A stretch of DNA of 64,000 nt, taken from the NCBI GenBank assembly GCA_963708295.1, contig CAVPSJ010000012.1:192001-256000 (forward strand). Direction: 5' to 3'. Of this stretch, positions 46,532 to 57,928 are shown piece after piece (the stretch's first letter is position 1; every line of letters starts with the position of its first letter). Below the pieces are notes generated by a model. That model made no database searches. It was not told where the DNA came from and worked only from the letters and a program-made list of their open reading frames with translations. A program made the translations under genes and the position numbers. The DNA comes from an uncultured delta proteobacterium. Its GTDB lineage: Bacteria; Desulfobacterota; BSN033; UBA1163.

Positions 46532-46600
46532 GTGCCTCGTGTAGCTCGTTTAGATGTGCCACGAGTTTTGCATCGCGTGATCGCGCGGGGTCTGGAAAAA
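46532..46600 (+). pseudogene. N-terminal remnant of a REP-associated tyrosine transposase
   Basis: MPRVARLDVPRVLHRVIARGLEK resembles RAYT N-termini; similarity is lost after ~23 aa. Confidence 0.6.
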
Positions 46601-46610
46601 GGAGGATATC

Positions 46611-47585
46611 ATGAAGCGTTCAATGTTTGCTCTGGGTTTGTTGTTATTCGTGTACGGTATTGGCTTGGGGGCGACAACCACCCTGGCCCAGCCTTATCCC
46701 AATCGTCCCATTCAACTGGTCGTCCCTCTGCCTCCGGGCGCGCAAGGAGATGTAAGCGCAAGGATCCTGTCCGATGAAATGGCAAAGATTCTTGGCACGC
46801 AGATCATTGTGGTGAACAAACCAGGCGCAGCATTGACCCTGGGAACGGATGCCGTTGTTCGAAGCAAAAAGGATGGCTATACGATCGTCTATACGAGTTC
46901 CGGAGCCCTTGTTTATGCCCGGGTGATCAATCCCGAGACGGTTCCCTACAATCCTAGCAAAGACCTGGAGCCTCTTGGGGTGCACTTATTCTATCCTTTG
47001 ACCGTAACCGTTCAGGAGAGTTCCCCCTGGAAGACCTTGCCGGAGCTGGTTGACTATGCCAAGAAGAATCCCGGAAAACTCCGTGTGAGTACGACGGGTG
47101 TCGGCAGTACAGACCATTTCAACGTAGGAATCATTCAGTCCGTGACGGGTGCCCAATTCACTCACGTCCCATTCAAAGGAGGCGAATCCGTTGTCGCAGC
47201 CTTGCTGGGGGGGCATGTGGAAATCACCTTTGATACCCTGAGCAAGGTCCTCCCTCACGTCGAGGCTGGAAAGCTGAGAATTCTTGTGATCTCCAAAAAG
47301 AGAGCTGAGTTTCCCAACATCCCTACCCTGACTGAATTAGGCTACAAGCAGGGGATGATCTCAGCATGGTTTGGATTCTATGCCCCGGCTGGAATCCCAG
47401 AGGAAGTTAAGAACACACTCGTGTCAGCCATTGAGAAAGCCATCAATCATCCTGAATTAAAGGCTAAAACCGAGAAATTAGGTTTCATTGTGGATTACAA
47501 GTCTCCGGCCGAATCGAGGAAGCTCGCGGAGGAAGACTACGAGAGGGCCCTGGTGATAGCTGAGAAGTTAGGGCTACGCAAATAA
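46611..47585 (+). CDS. Tripartite tricarboxylate transporter substrate-binding protein (TctC/Bug)
   Basis: YPNRPIQLVVP, VVNKPGA, HVPFKGG, W.GFYAPAGIP. Confidence 0.92.
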   Translation: MKRSMFALGLLLFVYGIGLGATTTLAQPYPNRPIQLVVPLPPGAQGDVSARILSDEMAKILGTQIIVVNKPGAALTLGTDAVVRSKKDGYTIVYTSSGALVYARVINPETVPYNPSKDLEPLGVHLFYPLTVTVQESSPWKTLPELVDYAKKNPGKLRVSTTGVGSTDHFNVGIIQSVTGAQFTHVPFKGGESVVAALLGGHVEITFDTLSKVLPHVEAGKLRILVISKKRAEFPNIPTLTELGYKQGMISAWFGFYAPAGIPEEVKNTLVSAIEKAINHPELKAKTEKLGFIVDYKSPAESRKLAEEDYERALVIAEKLGLRK

Positions 47586-47807
47586 TTAGACCCATGACGT
47601 AATTTCGATCGACTCAAACAATAAGAATTGAGACCTCAGACATTAGATTGCAGAATGAAACCTAGGCTTAAGGCTGAGAAATTCTAAATCTGAACTTAAG
47701 CCTAAGCCTGCATGCAGTGCTTGTCTGGTGTCTGACGTCCGTAGTCCGACGTCTGATATCTAAAGTCCAGTGTCTGAACTCCTGGGAGCAAGAAAAGGAC
47801 AGAAGAA

Positions 47808-49767
47808 GTGATCACGCTAATGAACACGAAAGTAATTTATGCTCTTATCGCAGTTGTCCTGGTGGTCGCAATCTTCTTGGTCTATAAAAAACAAGCCGGG
47901 CAGGCAAGAGTTTCCGAGTTTGGCAAATATCAGGGTTATTCCGCAAAGATTTACGACGGCTCCAAGCGCGTTTCCGACTACTTGACGCTCTCAGACGGAA
48001 CGAAATTGGCCTACGACCTCATTCTCCCGACTCAAAAAGACGTTCCGGCCAGAAGCGCATTACCCGTCCTCTTTTTATACACCCCCTATCTTCGTACGTT
48101 CATTATTTTCGACGAAAACGGAAAGAACATCATTTCCGGCCTGTATCGACTGAAATGGTATGAAAAGGCTTATCTCCGGGTTCGATACTGGGTTTACGAC
48201 AGAGGAAATCTAATGGATCCTCTGTTCAGGAAGAAATGGCTTGGAAATATGGTGAAGTATGGCTATGCCGTGGTTGTCGTGGAACGACCCGGAACGGGCG
48301 CATCGTTTGGGAAGCTGAACCCCTCCTTTGAGGTCGTGGCGAGAGAGACCGATGAGATCCTGAATTGGATCGCAGCCCAGAAATGGTGTGACGGCAACAT
48401 CGGGATGTATGGCGAATCATGGCAGGGGCAAATCCAGTTCGCCGCTGCCAGCACCGGCAACCCGCACCTGAAAGCGATCTTCCCGGCTGCTACCTGGATG
48501 GATAACTACAGTGCGATTATGTACTCCGGGCGGTATCTACAATAAAGCCTTTGGCGAACTTCTTCACCTGGTCACAGAAATTTTTGAGCTCCAATGTCAT
48601 AACACCCGTAGATCACGATAAGGATGGGACCCTACTGGCCCAGGCGCGTGCAGAGCGCGAGCAGCGGACAGTTGCGGAAAAAATTGCAGAAGTCTTCCAG
48701 GAAGATTCCCGTTCCGAGACAGCCTCAGTCCGGATGGGAATAAAGTCTGGATAGAGACGATGGCGCTTTATCCCTTTATCGACCGGATCAACCGGTCCGG
48801 CATCCCTATTTATATGACGACCGGCTGGTATGACCTCTGCACGCGGGATAATTTCCTTTTGTATGCCAACCTTACCGTGCCCAAACGTCTGGTCGTCCGC
48901 CCCTTGGATCACGAACAGGTTGATGAAAACCAGTTTGACCTCGACTATGCGGCGGAAGCCCATCGCTGGTTCGATTACTGGCTCAAGGGGATCAAGAACG
49001 GCATCATGGACGAACCGCCCATCCACTACTATCTGATGGGCGCGGACAAGAAAAATGCATGGAAGGTCACGGATGCATGGCCCCCGAAAAACCAGGAAAC
49101 TGATACGCTATTACTTCGGGCCGGGAGTAACCGGCGGAACCACCTCCATCAATAATGGCACCCTTAGTCCTTCGCCGCCCACAGCCCATCGAGGGCATCC
49201 GATACTTACACGGTAGACTATACCACGACCAGCAGCAATCACTCCCGCTGGACGGCCGTCAATTGGACCCACGATTATCCCAATATGCGTTCCAACGACG
49301 CCAAAGCCCTGACCTACACCACTCCGCCGTTGGAGAAAGCCGTCCAGGTCATCGGACATCCGGTCATGCATGTCTGGTTAAGGAGCGATGCCTCAGATCT
49401 GGATATGTTCGCTTACCTGGAAGAGGTTGATGGTAGCGGAAATTCGACGTACATCACAGAAGGGAATCTCAGGGCTTCCCATCGATCCCTGGACCAAGCC
49501 CCCTACGATAATCTCGGACTGCCTTACCACCATCATTTCAAAAGCGAGTTGGAGCCGATCCCGGCAGGCCAGCCTGTCGAACTGGTGTTTGACCTCCTGC
49601 CGACCGCTTACCTTTTTCGCGAGGGCAATCGTATCCGTATCACGATTACCTTCGCCGATGCCGACAACTTCGAGACGCCGGTTCTGAACCCGACGCCGAA
49701 GCTCCATTTGCTGAGAGACAGGAATCACCCGTCTTCGATCCAACTACCAATTGTCCAATCACAATGA
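47808..49767 (+). CDS. CocE/NonD-family hydrolase (several frameshifts)
   Basis: DGTKLAYD, YTPY, GTGASFG, WCDGNIGMYGESW, TGWYD, C-terminal PepX-like domain. Confidence 0.88.
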
Positions 49768-49857
49768 AGGAGAAAAAGACATTTGGAGCCCAAACCCATG
49801 TCCTCTTGATCCCATTCGTTAGAATTCAGAAGTACCCCAAAATCTCCTCTCCCCTCG

Positions 49858-50084
49858 GAGACTGTGTCGCAATGGAACTTCTGAGGGGAGAGGCAGTCGG
49901 GTTTCAAAGCTTTAGAACGCGGGTCTTTTAGGTATGGGGAACCATCGTTGGCTCAAAACCGAATGTCTTCATAGGGTTTGCGACCCTGAATCCAAACGGT
50001 TAAAGGTTCCGCCCTAAATCTTTTTCACCCGACCACCTCTCCCCTTTTCCGAAAAGGCGTATATTCATATTATGACGTAGTCTC
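49858..50084. mobile_element. MITE inserted in the loop of a REP-like hairpin
   Basis: Terminal inverted repeats GAGACTGTGTCGCAAT / ATTATGACGTAGTCTC (12/16); TCG on both sides; flanks CCTCTCCC / GGGAGAGG. Confidence 0.7.
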
Positions 50085-50276
50085 TCGCGGGAGAGGACAA
50101 GGGAGAGGGAAATTGATTCTTAGGATGATTAGGAGTGCACTCACAAAGCTCAGATCAATCAAAAACGGTACACCTTTAATTCTCAAATCACACTTATTCT
50201 CTGGCTCCTTGACTCAATATCCATATTCCCCTAAACTATTACTAAGAGGGAGGAACCAAGAAGAGGGAGGAGACCT

Positions 50277-51068
50277 TTGACGATTTTACAGGCAGTCATA
50301 CTTGGGTTGGCTCAGGGCCTGGGAGAGTTCTTGCCCATATCGAGTTCAGCACATCTGGTCTTGATTCCCTGGCTTCTCAGGTGGACGGATCCGGGACTTA
50401 CCTTCGATGTCGCCCTGCATGTCGGTACGCTTGTTGCGGTGGTCCTCTATTTCTGGAGAGACTGGTGCCAACTCATCATAAAAGGTTTCACAGATATCCG
50501 AAGCGTAAAAGGTCGATTGTTTTGGTATTTGGTTGCCGCGAGTGTGCCAGGAGCGATGGTTGGATTCCTGTTAGAAAAAAAAGCCGAAACCATATTCAGA
50601 TCCCCTATTCTAATCGCCATCATGTTGATAGTGATGGGCATCCTTCTTTACTGGGCAGATCGTCGAAGCTCTAAGAAGACTGAGATAAACCATATCACTT
50701 TTGGAACCAGTCTATTCATTGGGATTTCACAAGCGCTGGCAATCATTCCGGGAGTTTCCCGTTCGGGTATCACGATGACCACAGGACTTCTGATGGGGCT
50801 CAACAGAGATGGAGCAGCCCGGTTTTCATTCTTACTGTCAACTCCGATCATCTTCGGGGCCGCCATGGTTAAACTGCCGGGCGTTATTTCAAATTCATCT
50901 GCGATCACTGTAGACTTTACGATAGGGATGGCGGTCTCGTGTATGACTGGCATAGCCAGTATTGGCTTCTTGCTTCGATATGTTCAGACTAAGGATTTCT
51001 TACCATTCGTCTGGTATCGATTTATATTAGGCGCTGTGGTGATTATGATTACGCTGGTCCGCTTGTAA
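50277..51068 (+). CDS. uppP: Undecaprenyl-diphosphate phosphatase
   Basis: QGLGEFLPISSSAH, PGVSRSG, ARFSFLLS. Confidence 0.95.
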   Translation: MTILQAVILGLAQGLGEFLPISSSAHLVLIPWLLRWTDPGLTFDVALHVGTLVAVVLYFWRDWCQLIIKGFTDIRSVKGRLFWYLVAASVPGAMVGFLLEKKAETIFRSPILIAIMLIVMGILLYWADRRSSKKTEINHITFGTSLFIGISQALAIIPGVSRSGITMTTGLLMGLNRDGAARFSFLLSTPIIFGAAMVKLPGVISNSSAITVDFTIGMAVSCMTGIASIGFLLRYVQTKDFLPFVWYRFILGAVVIMITLVRL

Positions 51069-51115
51069 GCACTGCGAGGCGGCCGGCAGATCGCCGAAAA
51101 AGGAATGAGCTTTCA

Positions 51116-52514
51116 TCAAATCCCGTATTTCTTCCTGCGGCGCCATAGGGTCGCCTGATCTATGCCGAGTATATCTGCGGTCTCTTGAAGCGATTTTGTC
51201 GTAGCCAACACTCGCCTTATATGTTCCTCTTCGATTTTCTCCAAGGACACCCGATCTCCGAGTCTTGCGCCGAAATCACTTGGCAGGAGGCTTTCCGGAA
51301 GGCACTCCATGCCAACACGATCGGTCTGGCAGAGAATGGCCGCCCGTTCAACAACGTTTCGCAGTTCTCTGAGGTTTCCCGGCCAGTGGTATTGTTTGAG
51401 GGCTTGAAGCGCCTCCGGAGTAAAACCGAGAAAGAGATGATGCCTGGCCTGGCCAAAAAAAGTCAATAACTCTCTCAGCAAGGATCGTCACATCCTCCGC
51501 GCGCTCACGCAAAGGGGGAATTTCGATCTGGATTACATTGAGCCGATAAAAGAGGTCTTCACGAAACTGACCTTCCTTGACTGCTTTATCGAGGTCTCTG
51601 TTGGTGCCGGCGATGATGCGGACGTCCGCTTTTCGTGTCGTGTAATCTCCCACCCTTTCATACTCTCTGTCCTGAAGAAAGCGCAGAAGTTTTGGCTGCA
51701 GATTTGCCGGTAAATCGCCGATCTCATCCAGCAAAAGGGTCCCGCCTTCACAGGTTGCGATGCGTCCGGGATTATCCCGCACAGCACCTGTGAACGCCCC
51801 TTTTACATGGCCAAACAATTCACTCTCCAAAAGTTCGGCGGAAAAAGCAGGACACGAAACGATACAAATCGGTTTGTTGGCTCGATGGCTCCAGTGATGG
51901 ATGGCGCGGGCCAGAACCGTTTTACCGGTTCCGCTTTCTCCACGCAAAAGAAGGGTGGCGTCCGTGGAAGCGACCTGGCGTGAAAGGTTAATCACTCGCT
52001 GCATGGCAGCGCTTGTGGTCGAAAAATCCGCCTCGGGGTTTAACCGACCCAAGTCCTCCTGCAGGGAAGCAACTCTCTGTTCCAATGTCCGCATCTCAAA
52101 CACCTTGTGGACGGCGAGTCTCACTTGAGCAGGTGTAAAAGGTTTCGGAATATAGTCAGTTGCCCCGCGCCGCATGGCCTCCACGGCTGTGTCGATGGAA
52201 GCGTAGGCGGTTATGATGATAATTTTGAGCCAAGGGGTTTGGGCCAGCAGGGATGGGATGAGGTCAAGTCCGTCGGCGGTTCCAAGCCGAAGATCCACAA
52301 AAGCCAGGTCGAAAGACCTCCTGGAAGCCTCATGCACCGCGTCCTCGAAATTGCTGACGGCAACTGCGTGATGACCTTCTGTCTCCAGACAGACGGTAAG
52401 CGTTTTCCGTATGTTGAGCTCATCGTCAACGACGAGAATGTTTAACGGATTGCCCGTCATGTCTATCATCGGTATCCTCATCTTGAGAGTACCAGATCGT
52501 TCAAGAGAGTTCAA
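51116..52514 (-). CDS. Sigma54-dependent response regulator, NtrC family (frameshift ~51475)
   Basis: REC; GESGTGKT, ESELFGHVKGAFTGA, FREDLFYRL, WPGNLREL; Fis-type HTH. Confidence 0.93.
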
Positions 52515-52629
52515 TGCGGACAGGTCCGCCAGGAGAATGGAGCGACACCCGGAAGGGGTTGGGAAGGAGTATGTCTCCTCTTAAGCGTTTTGGGACCTCC
52601 TCAAGACCAGAAAGGTGGAAGGAAGCCGA

Positions 52630-53295
52630 TCACAGCAGCTTCCGGAGGGCTTGTTCACTCGTTCGCTTGACGAGGGCGAGGACCTTGTCTTCCGGCTGAA
52701 ATTCCGTCTCCCCGTGGGGAATGATGATCTCTTCTCCCCGGATGACGGCGATGAAAATTGATGCGGGGGGCATAGATAGATCCTTAATTTTTTTCTTCAC
52801 AATATGGGAAGAACGGGAGAGTTCCACTTCAACTATTTCCACATCTCCTTCTTTCAATGTGAGCAAGGGAATCATCATATCTCCGGCGTTGACCTGTTCC
52901 TGAATAACGGCATTGATGATCTTCGTTGCGCTCACAGAGGCATCCACTCCAAGGCCAGCAAAAAGCTCTTCGTTCCGGGGATTGTTAACTCGGGCGATGG
53001 TTCGAGGACGGAGAAACATTACTTTGGCAATCTGACAGATCACAAGGTTGTCTTCGTCATTGCCCGTCGTTGCTACAACCACATCCGCCCGGTTGGCCCC
53101 TGCCTCTTTTAAAACTTCGACCGTTGAACCATTTCCTTGCATGATCGCATCGTGAAACTCCAAAGAAAGGAGTTCTACCTTGGAACGGTCTTCCTCGATC
53201 AGCATCACCTCATGCCCTCCGGCCATCAACAAACTTCCGAGATGATATCCGACCTTTCCAGCGCCCACAATAATGATGTACATGACTTCCCCCAT
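52630..53295 (-). CDS. TrkA-family RCK protein (N and C domains)
   Basis: IVGAGKVG, TGNDEDN, TrkA-C. Confidence 0.9.
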   Translation of the reverse strand: MGEVMYIIIVGAGKVGYHLGSLLMAGGHEVMLIEEDRSKVELLSLEFHDAIMQGNGSTVEVLKEAGANRADVVVATTGNDEDNLVICQIAKVMFLRPRTIARVNNPRNEELFAGLGVDASVSATKIINAVIQEQVNAGDMMIPLLTLKEGDVEIVEVELSRSSHIVKKKIKDLSMPPASIFIAVIRGEEIIIPHGETEFQPEDKVLALVKRTSEQALRKLL

Positions 53296-53696
53296 TATCT
53301 TTCTTGGATCGTTTGTAATAAATCTTTGATAACCAGGTCGGTGGGACAGACCGTCTCCACGCCCAGCTCCTTGTAGAGTCCTGCCAGAATGGAGTCGTGA
53401 ACCACGGCAACTACCCTTTCTAACTTGAAATTTCGTTTCACTCTCTGGACAATCATCAGATTAACATTATCCTTATCCGTCATAGCGAAAAGGATATCGG
53501 CCTCTTCTTGCAGCGTTGGACGCACATACTCTTCCACCAAACCATTGCCCACGATCCGCCTACCAGAAAATTTTTCGGAGAGCCTCCGAAAGGCCTGCTG
53601 ATTTCTGTCGAGAACCACCACCTGATGTCCTGCCTCATCTAAACGGTTCGCCAGAACCGATCCTACTCTGCCACAACCGATAATCATCACCTTCAT
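53295..53696 (-). CDS. TrkA-N only protein
   Basis: IIGCGRVG, TDKDNVN, LGVETVCPT. Confidence 0.85.
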   Translation of the reverse strand: MKVMIIGCGRVGSVLANRLDEAGHQVVVLDRNQQAFRRLSEKFSGRRIVGNGLVEEYVRPTLQEEADILFAMTDKDNVNLMIVQRVKRNFKLERVVAVVHDSILAGLYKELGVETVCPTDLVIKDLLQTIQER

Positions 53697-53715
53697 CCAA
53701 CTCCTCCCATTCTGT

Positions 53716-54280
53716 CTACCCAGAGAGTTTGTCCACAATCACTTCACAGGGAGCTCGACGCAGAACCAGATCAGAATTACGACCCAAGATATCCTGGGCC
53801 ATCGTGACCTGCGATCGAATTCCCATCACGATCAAATCAGCCTCCCAGTCTTTGGCCGCCCGGATGATCTCTTCCCCTGCAACCCGTGCCTCGTCTGACC
53901 TCCCCTTTTCCCTGAAGTCCTCTCAGGCTGACAATCTCCTCGCCCCGCTTGATGACATCCTCTGCCTTAGCCTCTGCCTCAGGCATGGGTGCTTCCAAGG
54001 GGAGTGTCCTGGGAACTTCGATCACAGTCACAAGATAGATCTCTGCCTTCTGTTCTTCCCCCAGTCGACATGCCAGTTCAATTCCCCGCTCGGAATAAAG
54101 AGTCCCTGAAGTGGGAACCAAAATCTTCTTGATCGCCCCTACGGCCCTTCTGGCCTTGGCTGCCGCTTGGGGGATGGCTCTGGGAACATGGAACATCCAC
54201 CAGAGCAAAATCCCCATGGAGGCTGCAAAGACAAAAGCCAGTAAAGCGCCTAAAAAGCTGATCTGGATTTCAGATCCCAT
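53716..54280 (-). CDS. Membrane-anchored universal stress protein (frameshift)
   Basis: N-terminal TM; KKILVPT; ends PCEVIVDK. Confidence 0.8.
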
Positions 54281-54500
54281 CTCCCCTGCCTCTCTGCTGA
54301 AAGTAACTCCAGATCATCCTGACTCGAAATAGACTGTAAAGCAAAAGGGCAATGCCGAAAATCAAGGATGGAATGGCCCACCTCACGAAAATGGTTTGCC
54401 ATAAGATATAAGAACCTAAAACGACCATGAGGCCGGTTGTGACAATTTGAAAATAGTCCCGCCACCCTGCTCGCTCAGGTAGTTCCGGTGTTTTTCTCAA
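54270..54500 (-). CDS. Small two-TM membrane protein (start uncertain)
   Basis: Two hydrophobic helices within ORF 54270-54566; overlaps neighbours in operon fashion. Confidence 0.55.
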   Translation of the reverse strand: MRKTPELPERAGWRDYFQIVTTGLMVVLGSYILWQTIFVRWAIPSLIFGIALLLYSLFRVRMIWSYFQQRGRGDGI

Positions 54501-56076
54501 CTGCCTTCCCCTTCTCCCGTTTATCTCTCTCCGCCAGAGCGATGTTATACTGTTCGAGCAGGTCAAATTCCTCTGCCGAGGTCAATATCATTTTCTGTTC
54601 TTGTTCCCAGTTATGTTTCACGCTTCCCAACAACGGCAAGCCCTTCTTCTTACGGAACCAGAAATAGTAAATCAAACAGGCCAGAACCCATCCCGGGCCT
54701 GCAATCCGCCCGATCTCATGGGTCAGAATCACCTCAAAAAGAATAAAACTGACTCCGATCATCCCGATAAAACCAAGAATGGGAAGATCCACTGTCTTTC
54801 CCTTATGGTTCCACTTGATATTGAGAGGCATCTTGTAGGGCCTCGGGGAGTAGGGATCAGAAAAGCGAAGCTTGATCATTGAGATGAAGACGAGAAGATA
54901 CCCACTCGCTGCCCCAAAGGCATACATATTCCCCAGCGTGTCCATGGCGCTGGGTGTGAGAAAGGCAAGAATCGCTTCAAGCATTCCGATCAGGGAGAAA
55001 AATACAATGGTGCGAACTGGAGTTCGATATTTCGGATGGACTTTGTCAAACCAGGGAGTGATCAGATGGAGTTCGCTCATCGAATAAGTAAGACGGGACG
55101 CACCCATAACGCCGGTGTTAGAGGAGATCAGCAGGATCGTCGCCCCAGAATGGCTGCAAAGGGGCCGGCCAATACACCAAAAATAGGAATCGCATGAGCG
55201 AGCTTGGCTACCGGATCTCCCTGCGGAAATTCCTGCCATGGCAGGATGCCGAGGCCCATCGTAGAAAAGGCCATGGCAAAGATGAAGACGGTAAAGATCA
55301 AGGTGATTGAAGTTCGAGGGATGATCGTCGCCGGCCTTCTGGTCTCCTGGGCCGCCTGGGATATCGATTCCAGCCCGACAAACGAGATGATGGCCAAGGA
55401 GGACCCATACATGAATTCCTTCAAGCTTGGAAATTGGGTCTTCCATTGGAAGACGAAAAGCTCGGGTTTCCATGCCAGGAGAAAACCGAGGATGATGATC
55501 GATGATTCGGTGATGATATCGATCGCACCGATGATTTCATTGAAGAGGGAGGACTCCCGGACTCCCCGGATGTTGAGCCAGATCAGAAAGCCAATGAGGA
55601 TGATGGTCTCGGCCGCCCAGACAGGATTCACTTTCTTGAAGATCCAAAGATCTATCGCAAAATATTCTGGAGGGACGCCCAAGAACATAGGGCATAAAAA
55701 AGTTCATATAACCCGCCGAGGCCGTGGCAAAAAGGGCGATGTCAATGGTATAGTCTAACAGAAGAGCCACTCCTGCGGCATAGCCCCAGAAATCTCCTAG
55801 CCCCCTGAGGGCATAGTAATGTCCTCCTCCCGCAACTGGGTACGTCGAAGCCATCTCCGTATACGAAAGTCCGATCATGATATAGATGAGACCGGCCACG
55901 AAGAAGGCAAGACTCGCCCCGCCATGGGCAGCCCCCATGACCAGACCCAGGGCAGCATAGATGTCCGCCCCGACATCCGCATACCCCCACATGTAGGAGC
56001 CCCAGACGGTCACGTCTCTGCGGAGTTCGATTTTCTCAACGGGACAGGATGCTGGTATCGCTGATTCTTTCTCCAT
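54475..56076 (-). CDS. APC-superfamily permease (frameshifts)
   Basis: GYADVGADIY, YPVAGGG, GLESISQAAQE, GASRLTYSM, RTPVR. Confidence 0.88.
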
Positions 56077-56084
56077 GTCTTTTC

Positions 56085-56116
56085 AAAAAAAAAGCCAGGA
56101 GGAGATCCCCTAGCTT
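56085..56116 (-). terminator. Riboswitch expression-platform terminator
   Basis: AAGCTAGGGG..CTCCTGGCTTTTTTTTT just before the APC start. Confidence 0.7.
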
Positions 56117-56121
56117 AGATC

Positions 56122-56238
56122 TCTTCCCTTAGTCGCCTGCGGAGTTAGCTGACGGGTTAGGATTAAGGGATATCCTTTCCAGGCTTTCTGGAATTCACCC
56201 CGAAAAAACGGTTCCCCCGCTTGTCTCAATTCGGCCTT
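56122..56238 (-). promoter_or_regulatory. c-di-AMP (ydaO/yuaA) riboswitch
   Basis: GCCGAAT..GGGGGAACC..GGGGTGAAT..AACCCGTCAGCTAACTCCGCAGGCG. Confidence 0.9.
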
Positions 56239-56305
56239 TTCTTATATTAAATAAAAAACCTCTCCTCCTGTCAATAAAAAAAGAGAACGCAAATCCTGAG
56301 TCTAT

Positions 56306-56408
56306 GAAGCTCCCCGCCCACAGGGCGGGGCTTCCCGGAAAGGAAGTTTCGTTCATATTGTGCCCCTTGACCCCGCCTACAAGGCGGGACTTGCGGGGCA
56401 CGTTCCGG
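56306..56408 (-). mobile_element. IS200/IS605-like mini-element, copy 2
   Basis: TTGA|CCGGAACGTG..GAAGCCCCGCCCTGTGGGCGGGGAGCTTCA; directly follows the amrB/A stop codon. Confidence 0.75.
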
Positions 56409-57917
56409 TCAAAAGATATCCGCGGAGAAGATGTAAATCTCTGTATCTTTTTCCTTCCATGCAGCCGAAGGAAGACCGGCCTTTTGGCAGGTATGCTCGA
56501 GAAATGTCTGGCGATCCCATCCATATTCCGTTGCCACTTGAGGTAAAAGAAGACCCGAAAGCCATCCTTTCTTGATGTAGATTCCGTGTGTCCCCACCTG
56601 AATCTCATTGACATCCTTAATCCTTTGAAGGGGGGTTAAAACGGATATTTCGATATCCAGCTCCGGCAATTCCTTTTCTTTTACGGGACTGAACCGAGGG
56701 TCACGAAAAGCGGCTGCTTCGGCCATCTCCTGAATGGTATTGTGCAGCGGCCCGTGCCCTTCGATATATCCAATGCAACCCCTCAGTTGCCCTCTTTTTT
56801 GAAGAGTCACAAAGGCCCCCCGATTCTCCTTAAGAATCGGGGATTCGATCTTAAATTCAGGGACGGGCTTTCCTTTCGCCTTATTCTCAATCACCGTTTT
56901 GGCAATATGATGGAGGGTTTTCTTCTCCCCCTCGTTCAAACCTAAATCCACGCCTACTTTCTTGTCTTCTTTCATCTTTTCATTCTCCCCAGCTGCCTTA
57001 TAAAAAACGGCAGCCCCATATCCCACCACGCGACTTCGATCCCCGGTCACGTCCCCGGAATTGAGGTACTTGAGTACCTGGCCTTTGTTAGCTCCTAAAG
57101 CCTTGGCCGCCAACATAATCGTGACCACCGGGCCTCCTCCGCATGCCTCAACACGGTTACTCTTCAGGTCACGATTCAACCCTTCAACGTCAAACCGCTC
57201 GACATATTTTAAGAAATTGCGATCCAGTTCAACCGCTATCTTATAAGTGTAAAAATGTGACAGATCGGTGCTTGCAACCAGCAAAACCTTCTTCCCTCTT
57301 ACAGTCTCCGCAATCGCGGAAGCCAAATACTGACAGGTTTCCCACCCCCAGTCGGGCTCCATGGCGATAGGAACAAGTTTGAATGACTTGAGAGCGGTTT
57401 GGAGGAATGGGATTTGGAGTTCGAGAGAGTTTTCCTGGGCATGTGCCTCCGGAATGAAACGAATCTCTTTCCGCTTTTCCATCATTTTTTTCGAAAGCTC
57501 AGCATCCACGGGGACGACCCCTAAAGGTGTTCGGAATCCTCCCTGCGCCCAGAGGGATGCACCCTTAAAAGCAAACCGATGGCTGGGCCCGACCACGACA
57601 ACAGCGTCGAAGGCCATTCCCTCCACCAGTTTATAGGCATAAGCTGCCACTTGGCCTGAGTACACATATCCTGCGTGGGGTGAGACCAGAGCGATGACCC
57701 GGCCCTCCACCCTCTCTTTCTTCGCATTCTCAAGATAACGCTTCACATCCCGAGAAAGAATCTCCGGGTTTCCGGGATACCAAGATCCTGCCAAAGCAGG
57801 CTCCCTGATCTCTTTTATTCCCATCTCCTTCCCTCCCTTCGTGATCTGGGCCATGGCTATTGCCCCACCGAGGAGAAAAAAACTAATGAAGAAAATGAGG
57901 GAAATACACCTTCTCAC
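56409..57917 (-). CDS. AmmeMemoRadiSam protein B (MEMO) + protein A (AMMECR1) fusion
   Basis: PALAGSWYP, PHAGYVYSG, STDLSH, ACG, VGY; GAFVT, LRGCIG, DPRF, GLLLPQV. Confidence 0.92.
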   Translation of the reverse strand: MRRCISLIFFISFFLLGGAIAMAQITKGGKEMGIKEIREPALAGSWYPGNPEILSRDVKRYLENAKKERVEGRVIALVSPHAGYVYSGQVAAYAYKLVEGMAFDAVVVVGPSHRFAFKGASLWAQGGFRTPLGVVPVDAELSKKMMEKRKEIRFIPEAHAQENSLELQIPFLQTALKSFKLVPIAMEPDWGWETCQYLASAIAETVRGKKVLLVASTDLSHFYTYKIAVELDRNFLKYVERFDVEGLNRDLKSNRVEACGGGPVVTIMLAAKALGANKGQVLKYLNSGDVTGDRSRVVGYGAAVFYKAAGENEKMKEDKKVGVDLGLNEGEKKTLHHIAKTVIENKAKGKPVPEFKIESPILKENRGAFVTLQKRGQLRGCIGYIEGHGPLHNTIQEMAEAAAFRDPRFSPVKEKELPELDIEISVLTPLQRIKDVNEIQVGTHGIYIKKGWLSGLLLPQVATEYGWDRQTFLEHTCQKAGLPSAAWKEKDTEIYIFSADIF

Positions 57918-57928
57918 GATTCCTCACC

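Noticed and set aside
56195-56614. Small overlapping ORFs around 56.2-56.6 kb, 5.3-5.6 kb and 16.7-17.1 kb
   Set aside because: They are translations of riboswitch or MITE sequence, or shadows of adjacent genes
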